This document shows positions 1 to 14,502 of a stretch of 64,000 nt of DNA, piece by piece; the stretch's first letter is position 1, and every line of letters starts with the position of its first letter. The position numbers and the translations under genes are program-made. The notes under the pieces are model-generated. The model was not told the origin of the DNA. It ran no database searches and saw only the letters and a program-made list of their open reading frames with translations. This DNA comes from the human T2T-CHM13v2.0 reference genome, Homo sapiens: assembly GCF_009914755.1 (NCBI RefSeq), contig NC_060934.1. One strand, given 5' to 3'.

Positions 1-274
1 TGCATATGAGATTTTGAAAGTGGATGTGAAATAGACATCTTTATTCTGCAGGTATAGGCAGACACATGTGCAGCTGGAGGATTCACAGTGGCCTTCCAGC
101 AAGCTTTTTATACTCAGGCAACAGTGATTTGAGACTCTCTGGTAGGTGAGTTAATAAACCAGAGAAAAGCAAAACCTCCACAGACTCTCCTTGAAGTGGA
201 AGTCAAGGAGATGACTTTCACTTGGAGATGAGAAGATTGAGACAGCTCAGGAATGGCAGCCTTGCAGGAGTGAT

Positions 275-307
<33 letters not shown>
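275..307. repeat. (AGCC)8 tetranucleotide microsatellite
   Basis: Direct reading. Confidence 0.95.
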
Positions 308-1946
308 TGGGGTCTAAAGTCTGCATGGGCAGACAGACCTTAAAGAAAACAAATCCAGCTGACCCAGAACCCTTTGAAGGTTAAACTGATTCTTGGTGAG
401 AAGAAACTAGACAGGATATATAACCTTTTAAGTTTGTGGAACAGAGGCAAATCATGTAACTGGTATATAGTGGTAATCTTTAAGCAATGGTTCAACCCAT
501 CTCAGGAAAACCTTTGTCTTTAGCAAAACTCTCACATTAGAGAAGCCCTCCAGGTATCATCAAATAGGCATGTGGACTGCTAATTCCATCTCAAATGATG
601 CTTATCTTTGTCTAGGCATGCTGTGCATAAAAACCTACTAAATTATTAAATTGTAAATATTATTTTTCTGTAAGAGAATATAAGCCTTTTAAATATAAGT
701 AAAAGTAGGTTCTGATACTATTCAGAAGAGAGAAAAAGTTTTCAGTCTTCCAAAAGAAGGAGTAAAATACAGAGTTATGGCCAGAATGGCTTATCATTTA
801 GGATTGCTGTCACTGTTTATAAATCTATAGTTGATAAAAGTTGTCTTATTTTCTTATTCATGATTTAATTTTATCACCACCATATTGTGTAGAAGGCAGA
901 ATAAGTATTACTAACTATTCTGTCTTAGAGATGAATAAAACACTAATATATCTAATTTTAATGCTAAATCCTAAAGCACTATTATTGTAAGTCTCATCGG
1001 GGAACCACAGAGAGCCATAATTGTTTTTCTAGTATCATTTTACTGATTTATCTTTAAGCTTTCTCACTTTCTGATGGAATAGAAATTGTTTACTGATAAG
1101 TTTTTATTAATTTTAAGAAAGTACATATATCATTCTTGAAAAGAACAGTAAGTCTTTCATTTCCCACGCTGAATACTTCTTTCTAATACACATTGAATTG
1201 ACTACCAATATGGTGTTTTGGAAAAGCTTACCACTCCAATTTCATCACAAGTCTGTATAGACCACATTACTTACAAAACTTAAAATAGAGTTTAAAATTT
1301 GTTTGACTTATTTCAGAACTATTGGACTTCATGTCTCTCATAAGACTGATGAGAACTAATAATGGAACTAGGGCTTTCATTATAAGCCCATCTTTAGGGG
1401 AAAGTCACTGGATAGAATATCTCCAATTTCTCTAATTACATTAGAAAAAACTGGCAGGGGTATGTCCCTTAAGGTACAAAAAGATTTCGATTGGCTGTTT
1501 TTAATCATTTTCTGATTATAGTATTAATAAGATAGGTTCAGGAAACTTTTGGATATGCCCTTCCGACCTAAACATTTCTTAACATAAATTTCACATTGAT
1601 TTGGCCTTTTATAAATTGAACTTCCTTTACTTGTTTCAAATTAACTATGACATCACCCTAAACTCCCAAATCACCCTTTAAAAGTAGAAGGAGGACGAAA
1701 TAGAACCAGTAATGTATGCCAGCAACTTTTAAGATGGAGGCTCTGCTGTGAAGCTCTTTACACATAATGTTTCATTTAATACTTGTGAGAATCTTCAGAG
1801 GTAGATATCGTTGTCCCCATTTTACAGATGAGAAAATGGAGATTTAGAGACATTAAGTAACTCATCCAGGGTCATCCACGCAACGTGTGCCCAAGAAACA
1901 TTTTAACCAATGTCTGACTCCAAATTCCTTTCCTAGTATATGCTAC

Positions 1947-2588
1947 TGATATAGGAGTTAAGAATAAAGTATTTAGGCAGATAGTGAGGGTAAGGAAGTC
2001 CTTCGTAAGACTTTCCTTTTAATAAAAAGCAGCCCCAAAGTCTTTTTCTTTTCTAACAAAGAGCAGCCTGTAAAATCGAGCTGCAGACATACACAAGTGA
2101 GCTGTAAGCTTGCACGTGTGAATGTTGACAGTTGTGACAATAGGAAAAGGCTGCCTGGGAGTAGACATGTTCAAAATGGCAGCTCCATCTTCCCTTTTCC
2201 TTTCCAACCATGTGTGCAGTAGGGAGCAGACAACATGGAAACCGCCAGGCAAAGACCCCATTTGCATAATATAATTAGGGTGGAGCAAACAGCTTCCTTG
2301 CAGTCTATGTAGAAAGTCACGCCTGGTCCAACCAATCTGTGGGCCCTATGTAAATCAGAAACCGACTCCTCAAGCCTGTCTATAAAATCCGATGCACTCT
2401 GCCACGAGGCACAAGTCCCATTTGGGTGCACCTCTTTCTCACAACAAAGAGAGCTGTTCTCCTTTCTCTTTCTTTTGCCTAGTAAACCTCCACTCCTAAA
2501 TTCATTCCTTGTGTGTGTCCGTGTCCTTAATTTTCTTGACATGAGACGATGAACCTCAGGTACTACCCCAGACAATGATGCCACTTCA
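1947..2588 (+). mobile_element. ERV1 (MER4-group, tentatively MER50-like) solo LTR
   Basis: TG...CA termini; 4-bp TSD CTAC (1943-1946 / 2589-2592); internal CCAAT, TATAAAA (~2381) and AGTAAA (~2481). Confidence 0.85.
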
Positions 2589-4636
2589 CTACAGTAGAGG
2601 ATATTCTAAGAAATACTTATTTTTACTGTTTGGAGATCATTTAATTTTGGGGTGGCGCAAAAGACTACTGCCTCCAGAAAACTCTTGCCCGGGAACTCCA
2701 TTACTCAGAGGTGGAAATTCATCCATACAGTCACATGAGCCCTCTCCCTCATTCTTTTCTGCTTACTCACATTACTAAAGGCACAAGAGAGAGACATCTT
2801 GGTTCACTAAAAGATATTAGAAATCTGACTTGATTTTGGTGGAAACATAAAAAAGTTAGGCAAAGATGTTGACTTCCATTGTTTTCAGGTGAATCAGATA
2901 CACATATAATGACACACTTTTATTTTAAATTAAATGAAGTCATTTATAGCCATAGTGCAAAGTGACAGTCTGCATTATGAAAGGGTAATTCCACTAGTAA
3001 ATTCTCTGCAATGAGTTTCATTTGGCTGAACTTTTACAGGAGACAGGTTTATGGGAGATTGTCTTTTATAGAGATTCCATAGATCCACCCACTGAACCAA
3101 GAGATGTACTTTCAAGACCTATGTTTAAATTTCATATTGTAGGGACAACAAATGTATTATTCTAAGTGGCTTGACTCCAGAGGAATATCAACTACTTCAC
3201 AGGTAGAATACAAATATCATTCTCACTTTAAATCTGAGTAAATAGTCTTAAACACTTTCTAAATCCTATTATATGTACAAACTTTGCATGCAAAGGTTGA
3301 GTCAAGTCGGCAGAGGAGTATAAGTAAACACAGCCTTCTCCCGTAAGTACACAGTATTGAATGAAGGAGAAAAGGGCTTTATACTCTATTCCCTCAATCC
3401 CTCAATCAAAGACCTTTTAGAAGAAAAGGCAGAGTTAAAATAATAAGCCCAGTTCTATGATAAGGAACTTCCGTATTTGAATTTCATTGAATTATAGAGT
3501 TGGAAAGAGCCTCCCGGGGATCCGTGTAACACCAGACCTCACCCCAGATCACCAGACCACCTTCTAACCCGTGGCCTTTTGTGTGAATTTCGTCTCTTCA
3601 GTGTCAAAATACTGGAAACTCGGGATTTCTCTGTCATTCTTTCCTGCAGTGCGTTTGAAATCTGAAGATAACCTATTTTGCTCCCCATTTTTAAAAACTG
3701 CATTTAAAACCTTGACTAATTGACAGTAACCTTTAAGGTGGAGACAGCAAAGTGGAACAGAAAGAGCAGACTCAGGAGTTTGATTTCTTAGTCTCATTTT
3801 CCTCATCTACAAAATAAGAATCAGTACAGGGTTTTCATGAGAATCGGAAATGATCAAAGTCCTGGCATAGTTCCTGGTGCATGGCTGTGCTCAGTAAGTG
3901 GTAGTTATTATGATTATTACAGTCATCCTTAAGCAAACAGTTCTTATAAAGCACCCCCCTAAAATAATTACAGACATGTAGCCTCTTCATCTCCTAGCAA
4001 TCTTAAACTATGTTAGAAAAGTGCTCTGCTTTTGGCATATGTTTGTATATTTGGGTTAAAACGTAAAACCTCATTCCACTTTTTTACTTAAACATTTGCT
4101 TACTGCAATTTAATATCAAATAACAGTTGCCGTTCTGCGGAAAACACTCTGCACAGTGGGACTATGGGGGCACATGGTCAGCCAAGCACCATTCCATAAA
4201 GGGACTAAGTGACAGAACAGACTGGATGTGAGATGGCAACTGTACTTCAGGTACTTTTCCAAGAAAGGGAGTTTCTTGACCCAAAAAAGATAGGCATTTT
4301 ATCTTAACTGATTTTAATGCATAAAGAACCTGACCAACAGTTCACACATTCCTCCTGGAGAGAAGTCAGGATGAGGAGATTTTAAAAAAAAGCTTTCCCT
4401 ACAATTCCAGGAAGAAATTACTCTTCTAGGCCACCAGGATGGTGGTGGTAATCGAGCAAATGCATGCAAACCTTGATGCAACTGCTAACTTTTACCAAAA
4501 AAGAAACTGATTTTCTACTGACTGACTTCCTCCGTTTTGGCTTTAAAGTCAGCCATTAGGCATCTATTGCTGTCATATTCCCCATGGGTCTTAGGTTGGA
4601 CCATCTGTTCTTACAAACATCCTAAAAGAAACAATA

Positions 4637-4935
4637 GGCCAGGCACGGTGGCTCGTGCCTGTAATCCCAGCACTTTGGGAGGTTGAGGCAGGTGGATCAC
4701 AAAGTCAGGAGCTCAAGACCAGCCTGGCCTAGATGGTGAAACCCCGTCTCTACTAAAAATACAAAAATTAGGCCGGTGTGGTGGCGGGCACCTGTAATCC
4801 CAGCTACTCGGGAGGCTGAGGCAGAGAACTACTTGAACCCGGCAGGCAGAGGTTGCAGTGAGCCAAGATTGAGCCACTGCACTCCAGCCTGGGTGACAGA
4901 GCGAGGCTCTGTGTCAAAAAGAAAAGAAAAGAAAA
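4637..4935 (+). mobile_element. AluS element
   Basis: Full dimer GGCCAGGCACGG...CAAAAA with a GAAAA tail. Confidence 0.95.
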
Positions 4936-5349
4936 CAGTAGTGGGTACAATATAGCTGGTGTTCATGAATGATCCTTCTGTGGGCCATTGATTCCTGATG
5001 GCCTTTCTTCCAGTTCTTCTGTGATTCTAGACTTAGAAGCCATGAGCTTCAGCATCAAGTCAAGGAAGCTCTGGAAATGCTTGATAACCCAATAGGTCTG
5101 AAGGATCTACATTTGTCTTGTACAAAGCAAAATTCCAATGCCTGAAAGTGCCTGACAACATAAAGGCATTCGGCAAGGTGTTAATGACTGTGGATAGAAT
5201 AATTCAGATGTACCTCTGACTGATAAGAAATATTAAAGTCTTTTTTGAACAGGGCTGTTGTAATGTTTAAATTTCAGCAAAATAAACATAAGCCCTAATA
5301 TGACTTAACTACAGTTCGCTAGAAAATCATGAGAAATGCGCTTCCTTAC

Positions 5350-5460
5350 ATTACTCTGGTGTTTATTGACCTCCATGGCATGTTTAACCTCAGGGGGCTC
5401 CTTCATGTGGGCATAATCTGAGAATCCTTTGGCAGCATCATGTTTCTGCTTGTAGGCCAC
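5350..5460 (-). CDS. NEBL: Nebulette exon 5 (aa 124-160, VAYKQKHDAAKGFSDYAHMKEPPEVKHAMEVNKHQSN), nebulin repeat
   Basis: Acceptor TGTTTTTCAG|GTG; donor AAT|GTAAGG; 111 nt; SE|VAYK motif; contained in ORF 5305..5490. Confidence 0.96.
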
Positions 5461-6487
5461 CTGAAAAACACAAATAATTTTTAGTCCCATTTAGAGGCAT
5501 ATAAATTCTTGCCTGCTAATTTCAGTGTTTTGCCAGGACTTTATATATTTGAATACCACCACTGATAGTTAATTTGCCTAAATCTCTGTAACAAGACAAT
5601 ATCCACAATGCATTCATCTTTATGCTTCTGTTTAGATTCCTAATTCTACCTCTTTGTTGTTTACTTCAAAATGTCCTTGACCAAAGATGAAATTTCCATT
5701 TTTATTCATCTAGCTTAAACCTCGGGTGTAGTTTTGGGAAATCATCCATATCCAAGAGCTTTCTGGGATATAGATGTCAGAGATTTAAATCTTGGAAAAA
5801 CAACTAAGTAGAGGGGAATTATAGGATATTTGAAAGTAAATTGTTTTCAAATGATTGGGTCTGATTTTATGTAGGCACAGCTATAAGATAATATAAGCCT
5901 CATTAAGTGCACAAACCTTTGGGAGAAAATATAGCATGCAGGCAAAATTCTCAGATATGTCAAGTCTTGGCCTCCATTAGGGAAATGGACCAGTGCCATC
6001 CATTACCACCATGTTGAATTTCCTCCATACTAGGATGGAGAGGGGATATGAGAAAGATATCTCAGAAGTAGATGTAACCAAACTCAACCACAAAGTTGGA
6101 AATTAAAGAAGAACCTAAAGACAGCAACCAAGTTATCCCCTTGGTCTCCACTGATACTATTAACCTATTTATTTCCTTCATAATGTTTAATTACTTTGTT
6201 TAGTTTATGTATAATTACTTATCTATCTTCCCTTACTAAACACAACTGTCGTGTTCACTGAATCCTCAGAACCCAGAATAGTGCCTGGCACAAAACATTT
6301 GTTCAGTGAATGAATAAATAAATAAGTGAATGAATAACTAAAAGAATGAGAATAAAACAATAACAAATGAAGGACAGAAAGGCAATATTAATTTTAAAAT
6401 ATACTAAAAGCTTAATACTAAAAGGATGTTAAATGGAGTTGGAATTACTTGACATGAGAAAAATGGCAACTTAAGAAAGACAAAGTA

Positions 6488-6719
6488 GGCTGGACTCAGT
6501 GGCTCATGCCTGTAATTAGGGAAGTCAAGGAGAGAGACTTGCTCACGACAAAGTGAGGCTCCCATCTCTACTAAATATCGAAAATTAACCAGGTGTGGCA
6601 GCACATGGCTGTTGTCCCAGCTACATGGGAGGCTGAGGCAGGAGGATTGCCTGATCCCAGGAGGTCGAGGCTGCAGTGAGCCACGGCATTCTATCCTGGG
6701 TGATAGAGCAAGATCCTGC
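6488..6719 (+). mobile_element. AluJ-like element with a left-arm deletion
   Basis: GAGGTCGAGGCTGCAGTGAGCC J-type right arm; degenerate left arm. Confidence 0.85.
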
Positions 6720-6946
6720 AAAAGAAAGAAAGAAGGAAAGACAGAAAGAAGGAAAGAAAGAAGGAAGTAAAGAAGGAAAGAAAAAAGGAAGGAAGGAAGG
6801 AAAAGGAAAAGAGAGGAGGAAAGGAAGGAAAGGAAAGAAGCAAAGAAAGGAGACAAGGAAAGGAGAAAAGAAAGAAGAGGGGAGAGGAGAGAGGAAAAGG
6901 AAAAGGGGAAGGGAAAGGGAAAGTAAAAGAAAAAGAAAAAGAAAAA
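6720..6946. repeat. 227-nt polypurine (GA-rich) low-complexity tract derived from the Alu tail
   Basis: Only 5 pyrimidines in 227 nt on the + strand. Confidence 0.95.
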
Positions 6947-8793
6947 CTAGAACAGGCTTTACCAAGAACAAAACAAGATCTAGTTTTCAATGAAAATAAT
7001 ATATAAAATTAAATTTAAGGAGAAAGTTTTTACCAATATGAGCTCCTTGGGCGCATGTCTGTCTCACACCTTTTTATCCTGTGCCTAACATAGTGAATGA
7101 CAGAGTAGAAATGCAATAAATGTTTAGTGAACAGATGAATAAATGAGTTTACTAAACATTCTTGTGAGCTTAAACTCTTCATTGGCTTTTATAAACAGTA
7201 TTAACCACCCATTCCACTTGGATAATATACCTATCTAAAGGATTAATGTGATAAGTCGGATTTTTACAACTAAAGTCATTGAATCTTGTCATCCAAAAAA
7301 AAAAAAATGTCATCTGGTATAACTAACAATGTTTAATGCCCTCTCTGGACTGCCATCTAGTTTTTCAAAAACTTCCACTGAAAGAGAACTCAACCTTGGC
7401 CACCACAGCCTCTAAATTTTGAAAGTTCAGATTAAAATTTCTTTCTTTACTGAAACCCCAATCTATCTCCCCCTAGCTGCATCTATGTGGCCTTATGAAA
7501 AGAGCCTATTTCATGAGACAGAACTTCCAATGTGGGAAGACACCCGTCACTGACTTCTGTTCCTCCAGACTCGCAGTATGGATTAAAGTGCTGCACTCCT
7601 GAACACCTTACATGCTCTCTTCAGCCCAAATCCGAATTTATCAATCTCTTTCTTAAGGTGCTCACAATGGTTGGACCATTCTTAATTAGAACTGTTAGAT
7701 TTAATCCAGGTTATCACCTCCCACATGTTAAACATTATTAACACATCCACGGACCACAACATTTTTCTTTTGATGGCTATGCTGAGACTTCTGTCAACTG
7801 ATACCTTTAAGTCTTATTCAGTCCTGCCCAGCCATGTTCCTACCTCCAATCCTGTGGATTTGGTTGGTTACCAAATCAGAAGCAGCACCTCACATTGTTC
7901 CAAGGATAATTCATCTTGTTAGAGTCTGTCCACCAACATACTCCATCAAGATATCTCCCTCTGGTGACTGTATCTTTACAATTTTCACCAATTAATTATG
8001 TTAAGCAGGAAACCCTTTAAGAACCTCCATTCAGGTGGAGAAAGTCCATTATCTCAGTTCTATTACATTCCGTGTTTTAACTCAGAGGTAGGGAGAGGAG
8101 GAGTTTCATGGGTACCCAAGTCTACAAAGCTAAGGAAAAACTTCTATGAGATTTGCTCCTTCTTCTTAAATGAAAAGAACTAGTATATGCCTATTTCCTT
8201 TTTCATGGTTGCCTGGTTTATTTTGTACTTTAGACCTACTAACATATACTTGTGACTTTATAAATGTAACCAATGCAGCTGATCATTTTGTGGGTTATCA
8301 CAGAAATGATGAGTCAGCAAGCACAATTTTAAAAGGCACTCTTTCTTAAAAAGGCTATGTAATTTTCTACTTGCAGCATTAACATCGTCATTTCATTTAC
8401 AGCCGCTACTAAGTACCACTTTAGAATTAAGATTACATCAAATTAGAGGGAGCTGAACTTTAATTTATCATATTCATTTTCTTCCTTAAAATAGCTAATG
8501 GAAAATTATGTCAAGCTAATAAATTTGCCGATAAATTTGATTTCTTAGGATTTGTCATTATTGTATGGTATTTCCCTAGATTAATGCTGTTTTCTTCATA
8601 CTTTGAGAACTGAGATTGCCATGTTACTAGGAACCTGGAGACAGGAGTCCACTTGCAATAGTCATATACACTTTGTTTATATAAGTGATAAATACATTTA
8701 TTCTATATTTTTGATCTTACAGCATATTTTATATTTCATATGTATACAGATAAAATGTACATTTATGTTTCACTTATAGATTTTTTTGGCATT

Positions 8794-8932
8794 TACTTAT
8801 TTATTCATTTATTTTAGAGATGGAGTCTCACTATGTTGCCCAGGCTGGTCTTCAACTCCCGGGCTCAAGAGATCTGCCCACCTCGGCCTTCCAAAGTTCT
8901 GGGATTACAGGCACGAGCCACAGCATCTGGCC
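8794..8932 (-). mobile_element. FLAM / Alu left monomer
   Basis: Reverse Alu monomer ending TGGCC with a (TTTA)n tail. Confidence 0.85.
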
Positions 8933-10608
8933 AAATGTGGCATTGAAATTGGGGGTTTCACAGATGCCCTGAAGCTTCTCCCTGCCCTCGCTTTCAGAAA
9001 ATTCATAGATCTCTAAAATAAAGTTTACTGGCCAAGGAGGTCAAGTATGCAAATTAAAATAATGGCTTTGCCTCTGAAAAGTATGATTTATCTGGCACCT
9101 TAATTCTACTTGATGGTTATTTATAGTGTCTAACAACATAGCATAAGATGCTACAAAGACGATCAGAATAATAACATAACTTACATTATATTTTATATGA
9201 CACAGGTAAATGTGCTGTTAACCCCATAGCATAGACACCTCTGGACTTCTGAAACAGAATCCTGTGACCACCGTGGATGAAACATAGACTCTCATTAAGC
9301 TGCAGTTCCAATGCCTGAGCAGCGTGAATTGCTTCTATGATAAGGCATTATTTAGCCTTTGCCTGAAACAGCCCTAATGAGAAGGATCTCGCCACCTCAT
9401 GGCATGGTCCAGTTCATTTTCAGAAGCTTTCTTTGTAATCTGTGCTTATAAAATTGTTAACAGGGGATAGCTAATAAAATGGCCTCCTAAAAACTCTACA
9501 TCTCTCTCTCTTTTTCTGGCATTTCTTCCTTTCAGGCATTTTCTGTAAGTGTTCATCTAGCTAACTTTATCATTCTAGTTTGAATTTAAGCATCTGAGAG
9601 TGTTTGCAAATTGACTTTAAGATAAGTTTGTTTTAATAATTTGTCAAAAGTTAAAGAGACTTTTCATTAGAACCCAGAATGTCATTAAATTTCTGAATTC
9701 ATCCAATACTCCGAGTTAGGACATCACAAATCTGATACTATTTGGACACTGTAAATGTTAGTCCTTTAATTATCATAGATACTGTCAAATAGTTCTTCTA
9801 CTTTCTTGCCCCGCTTATTAGGTAAACTCTAAGAATCACAATTTTAACAATAATAAAATCGATGTACGTAAATCTAAAGAAATGTTATGACAGTTACACA
9901 AATCTTTGAAGTAGCCGCCTTATTCAAAGTCTAGGTTTTTCTTTATTAATAAGTTCAGTGACTAATTACAACAATGGAAATCAATGCTAATTGTGAGTAC
10001 ATATGCACCTTTCCCAGTGGTGTCTATTTCAGTATAGGATAACATGCTAACAATGTCAGTGGGAACCTATTCTGACAAAACAAATGATAGATTCCAAAAT
10101 ATACAACCTGGATTATTTTTCATGTTAAGTTCTATGTTGCAGGGATTTGTGTATTACAGCCCTATTTATGCTATAAGAAGTTGAGAGCTGTTGTGTGCTT
10201 TCAAAGAAATGAGGATGGAAACATCGGAAAAGTTACCTTCCCAAGGAAGTATAAAAGCAATAATAGATTGTTTTCCTTTTCTTTCGTTATTGCTTAATTG
10301 TTGCTTGTCACATATCAAGTGTTGGGTTGTAATTATCTGCTTTTTAAAGTGACCCACATTATCAGCAAGTGCTTAGGTGGCCAGATATTGGCAGGAAAAA
10401 TAAAGGGCATATTAGTCACAGTCACCCATGCAGAACGTTGACATCATATATTTTAAGCTGCATGTTGCATAACCGAGATTAGTTTACTGCCAAGTCAGGT
10501 ACACAGTGGACATTTAAATGTGTAATAGTGAAACACTTAAAGGTGTTCTGCAAAGAATAACTATGCTCAGCATTTTTCAAGAGTAATGTATTTTCAGACT
10601 ACTTAAAA

Positions 10609-10743
10609 ATAGCTAATGCATGCTGGGCTTAATACCTAGGGGACGGGTTCATATTAAATAGGTGCAGCAAATCACCATGGCACACGTTTACCTATGTAAC
10701 AAATCTGCGCATCCTGCACATGTACCCCAGAACTTAAAAAAAA
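10609..10743 (+). mobile_element. Short L1PA 3' end fragment
   Basis: GCTGGGCTTAATACCTAGG...GGTGCAGCAAATCACCATGGCACACGTTTACCTATGTAAC...GTACCCCAGAACTTAAAA. Confidence 0.85.
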
Positions 10744-10797
10744 TTTTTTTTAATAAGATTATCTAGGTATCTCTACTTAAAAAGATTCTGGGGAAAG

Positions 10798-11390
<593 letters not shown>

Positions 11391-11939
11391 CCTAAAATGT
11401 GAAATGAAGAATACAAACTATGTAAAAGGAAGCATATCCTTAGAAAGAAAATTTTAAAATTCCACAAAATCCATTTTACAAGTTTTTACTGAGCACTCTC
11501 TATGTGCCAGGAACTCTTCCGAGCACAAGACCAGAGCAAGGAACGAGACAGATGAGGTCCCTGCTCTCACGTAGCTGAGAGAGCTAAAGAATAGATTAAC
11601 AAAATAACCTCCCCAAATTTGATTGTTCTGTGAAGAAAACACAACATTAAGATGAACCAGAAAGAGGTGAAACATTCCATTTAGAAAGTCTGTTTTAGGA
11701 AATGCAATAGATTAAGAATGCCTTATGTGTTGATATGCTACAAAGAGAAAATTACTCCTAAACCCTTCTGGATTCAAAATGAGTTTACCTGATGACAATT
11801 CTTAAGTTCCTCTGCAACTGGCAATCACCAAATAGTAACTTCCACCTGATGGGGGCTATTTTTGGTAGCCTGAGATATCCTAAAGGAAAAACACAATCTA
11901 CAGAAAAGGAAATTCAGGAAACACTTGTCTAATTGATGA

Positions 11940-12270
<331 letters not shown>

Positions 12271-12650
12271 CCATTATCTCTTTATGTGGCTTTTAACAAG
12301 CTATTCAAATATTCTCTACTTAGGGATCATATATCAAATTAGAGAACAGTTTAATATTTACTATAAGAATTTCATCCATGTAAGCTGTCTAAATGAGATT
12401 AAGATTTGCTCTATAAATTGCATTGAATGGGACTCAGAAAACAGTACCATGTGACTGACATAAACCTGCGTGTCCTTTTCATTTTCTGCAATTTCAACAG
12501 CAACTACTGACAGCACATTAATCAGTTGCTTTCAACTTTCATTTGGTATTTAACACCCATGATGAAAACATTTTATTAAAACGCTAAGTAGCTTTTTTCC
12601 AGTTATATGTTTTATCTACAAAATCATGAAACACTTTAGAAAAACCCTAC

Positions 12651-12761
12651 CTCACTCTGGAGCTGTGTAACTTCTCCTGCAAAAACACTGTCAATTGTGG
12701 CTGGCATCCGCTTATAAAGAGAATTAGAAAGGTCAGCTTTAATGGTGCCTTTGTATTTTGC
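12651..12761 (-). CDS. NEBL: Nebulette exon 4 (aa 87-123, AKYKGTIKADLSNSLYKRMPATIDSVFAGEVTQLQSE), nebulin repeat
   Basis: Acceptor TTTTCCCCCAG|GCA; donor GAG|GTAGGG; 111 nt; SE|AKYK motif. Confidence 0.96.
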
Positions 12762-14397
12762 CTGGGGGAAAAAAAAACAGGAAAAAATAAATAAATAAAC
12801 TTCCATTTTTTTAAACTGTGATTATAAGTAGAAAAGAAGAAACTTTCTCCCAAAACAGAATTGATTTTAAAATCTGCAGACCATTTTAATTTTAGATACC
12901 AGAGCTGACAAACTCCAGGATTCTGAAGAGATAGAAATAAATCCAATTTATCATAGAGAACGCTTTCAATGAGACATGCAAGGACATAATGGCTTTCTAT
13001 TTAAATGCAAGCACATTTCTAAAAGTAAATCTATTTGTGTATATTGACAGTTTCATGCTGGATGAGTGAGCAAACAATTCGAGTTGTTCCAGAAAATGCA
13101 AGTCGTTAGAATCTACTATCTAGAACTTGACAAAGGACAGTGTTCTTTTATTCAGGTCTTCTCAGCCTCCTCCTGCTCCAGGGGGAGAGGGGAGTGAGTG
13201 CTTTTTTGTTGTTTATGTGCCTACCCACCTCTAGCCTGCACTGTCTTTAAGCCATCTCAGTCACTACTCTAAAGACAAACACTCTTTCCTCTTGGGAAAA
13301 CTAAGGTTCAAGGGAACACAATAGATTGCTCACTTCCAATATTTTGCTCTGCAATTAACTCCTTCAGGAAACATAATCAATAATTGAGAACATCAAGTAT
13401 TTATCTGCACGGGAGAACGGAACATAGCTAAGACAAACAAACTATGTTCTTCCATTATCTGCAGATGAGTTCCTGATGTTCTTCCTGCTCAGAGCTAGAT
13501 TTCAGTATTGATTTATTGAGCACAGATCCTGTGCTAGCCTTCTGCTACCACACTCTTTGGATTTTGGTACTTAATGAAAGAAAACGTACTGATTTCATTC
13601 AAAATTGTTTCGCATTAGCAGAAATAATCCCAAGGACATCCAGTTGATCTTTTTCCAACATAATTTATGAAACACTAGAGGTCAGTCATTTACAACACTA
13701 TTTCATTTCCGTTTCTTTTCAAACGTATCTCTTCTAAGTGATCTATTCACAGACTACAGTAATGCCTCACCACAGAAATCATCATCGTTAACATTGTGCT
13801 TTACAATGCAACATAAACTGTAGTTCTAAATGCTCTCAGAAAGAAACTACATAATTTTTCAGCTGGAAAATGAATATAGCGTATTCCTCAGTCTGTGATT
13901 TTATAATAGGTATCACTGTTGAACTGAACTTTATCCTACTCCAAAATAGTTTAAATACATTTAAAATTATTTATCAAAGATATCACATTTTAGAAAACTG
14001 GTAAATCTTATTTATTTCCAAAATGATATTCAATCATTTATCTCTGATATATCTATTAGGAAACAAAATAATGGAACTTCTAAAGTGAACTATTGTGCCA
14101 GTGCTTTTACTTATTTAATAAAAAGATGCCTTTTCAAGAGGAATCGTATATAAATAAGAAAGATTTAGAGTCAAAATATAGACATATATAATAAAATATA
14201 TGAAGCATACATAGTAAAATCTGTCAATCTATATGAGTTAAATGACAGCGCATCACATTAGATAATTATGTAGCTATTACTAACATTCAGTAGTGCTTTT
14301 GAAAATATTATTCTTCATCTCTTTAATGCACAGACTTTCATCTATATAATAAGAAAAAGATAAATGCAAGCCAGTTTGCAAGCTTTTGATACCTTAC

Positions 14398-14502
14398 CTC
14401 AGAAATAAAAGCACCGATATTTTTTACATGGTTTAGCATAGGACTGTCAGTCACAAATGTACACTTATCCTTGGACTTTTTAAACTCTTCTTTATAACGG
14501 AT
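14398..14502 (-). CDS. NEBL: Nebulette exon 3 (aa 52-86, IRYKEEFKKSKDKCTFVTDSPMLNHVKNIGAFISE), nebulin repeat
   Basis: Acceptor TTTTTTAG|ATC; donor GAG|GTAAGG; 105 nt; completes the SD|IRYK nebulin motif with exon 2. Confidence 0.96.

Noticed and set aside
6404-6993. Four overlapping 99-150 aa ORFs (F/L/S-rich or K/R/E-rich)
   Set aside because: Artefacts of the stop-free GA tract plus the Alu
10603-10612. Canonical MEF2 site TTAAAAATAG
   Set aside because: Formed at an L1 fragment junction in AT-rich DNA with no supporting motif cluster
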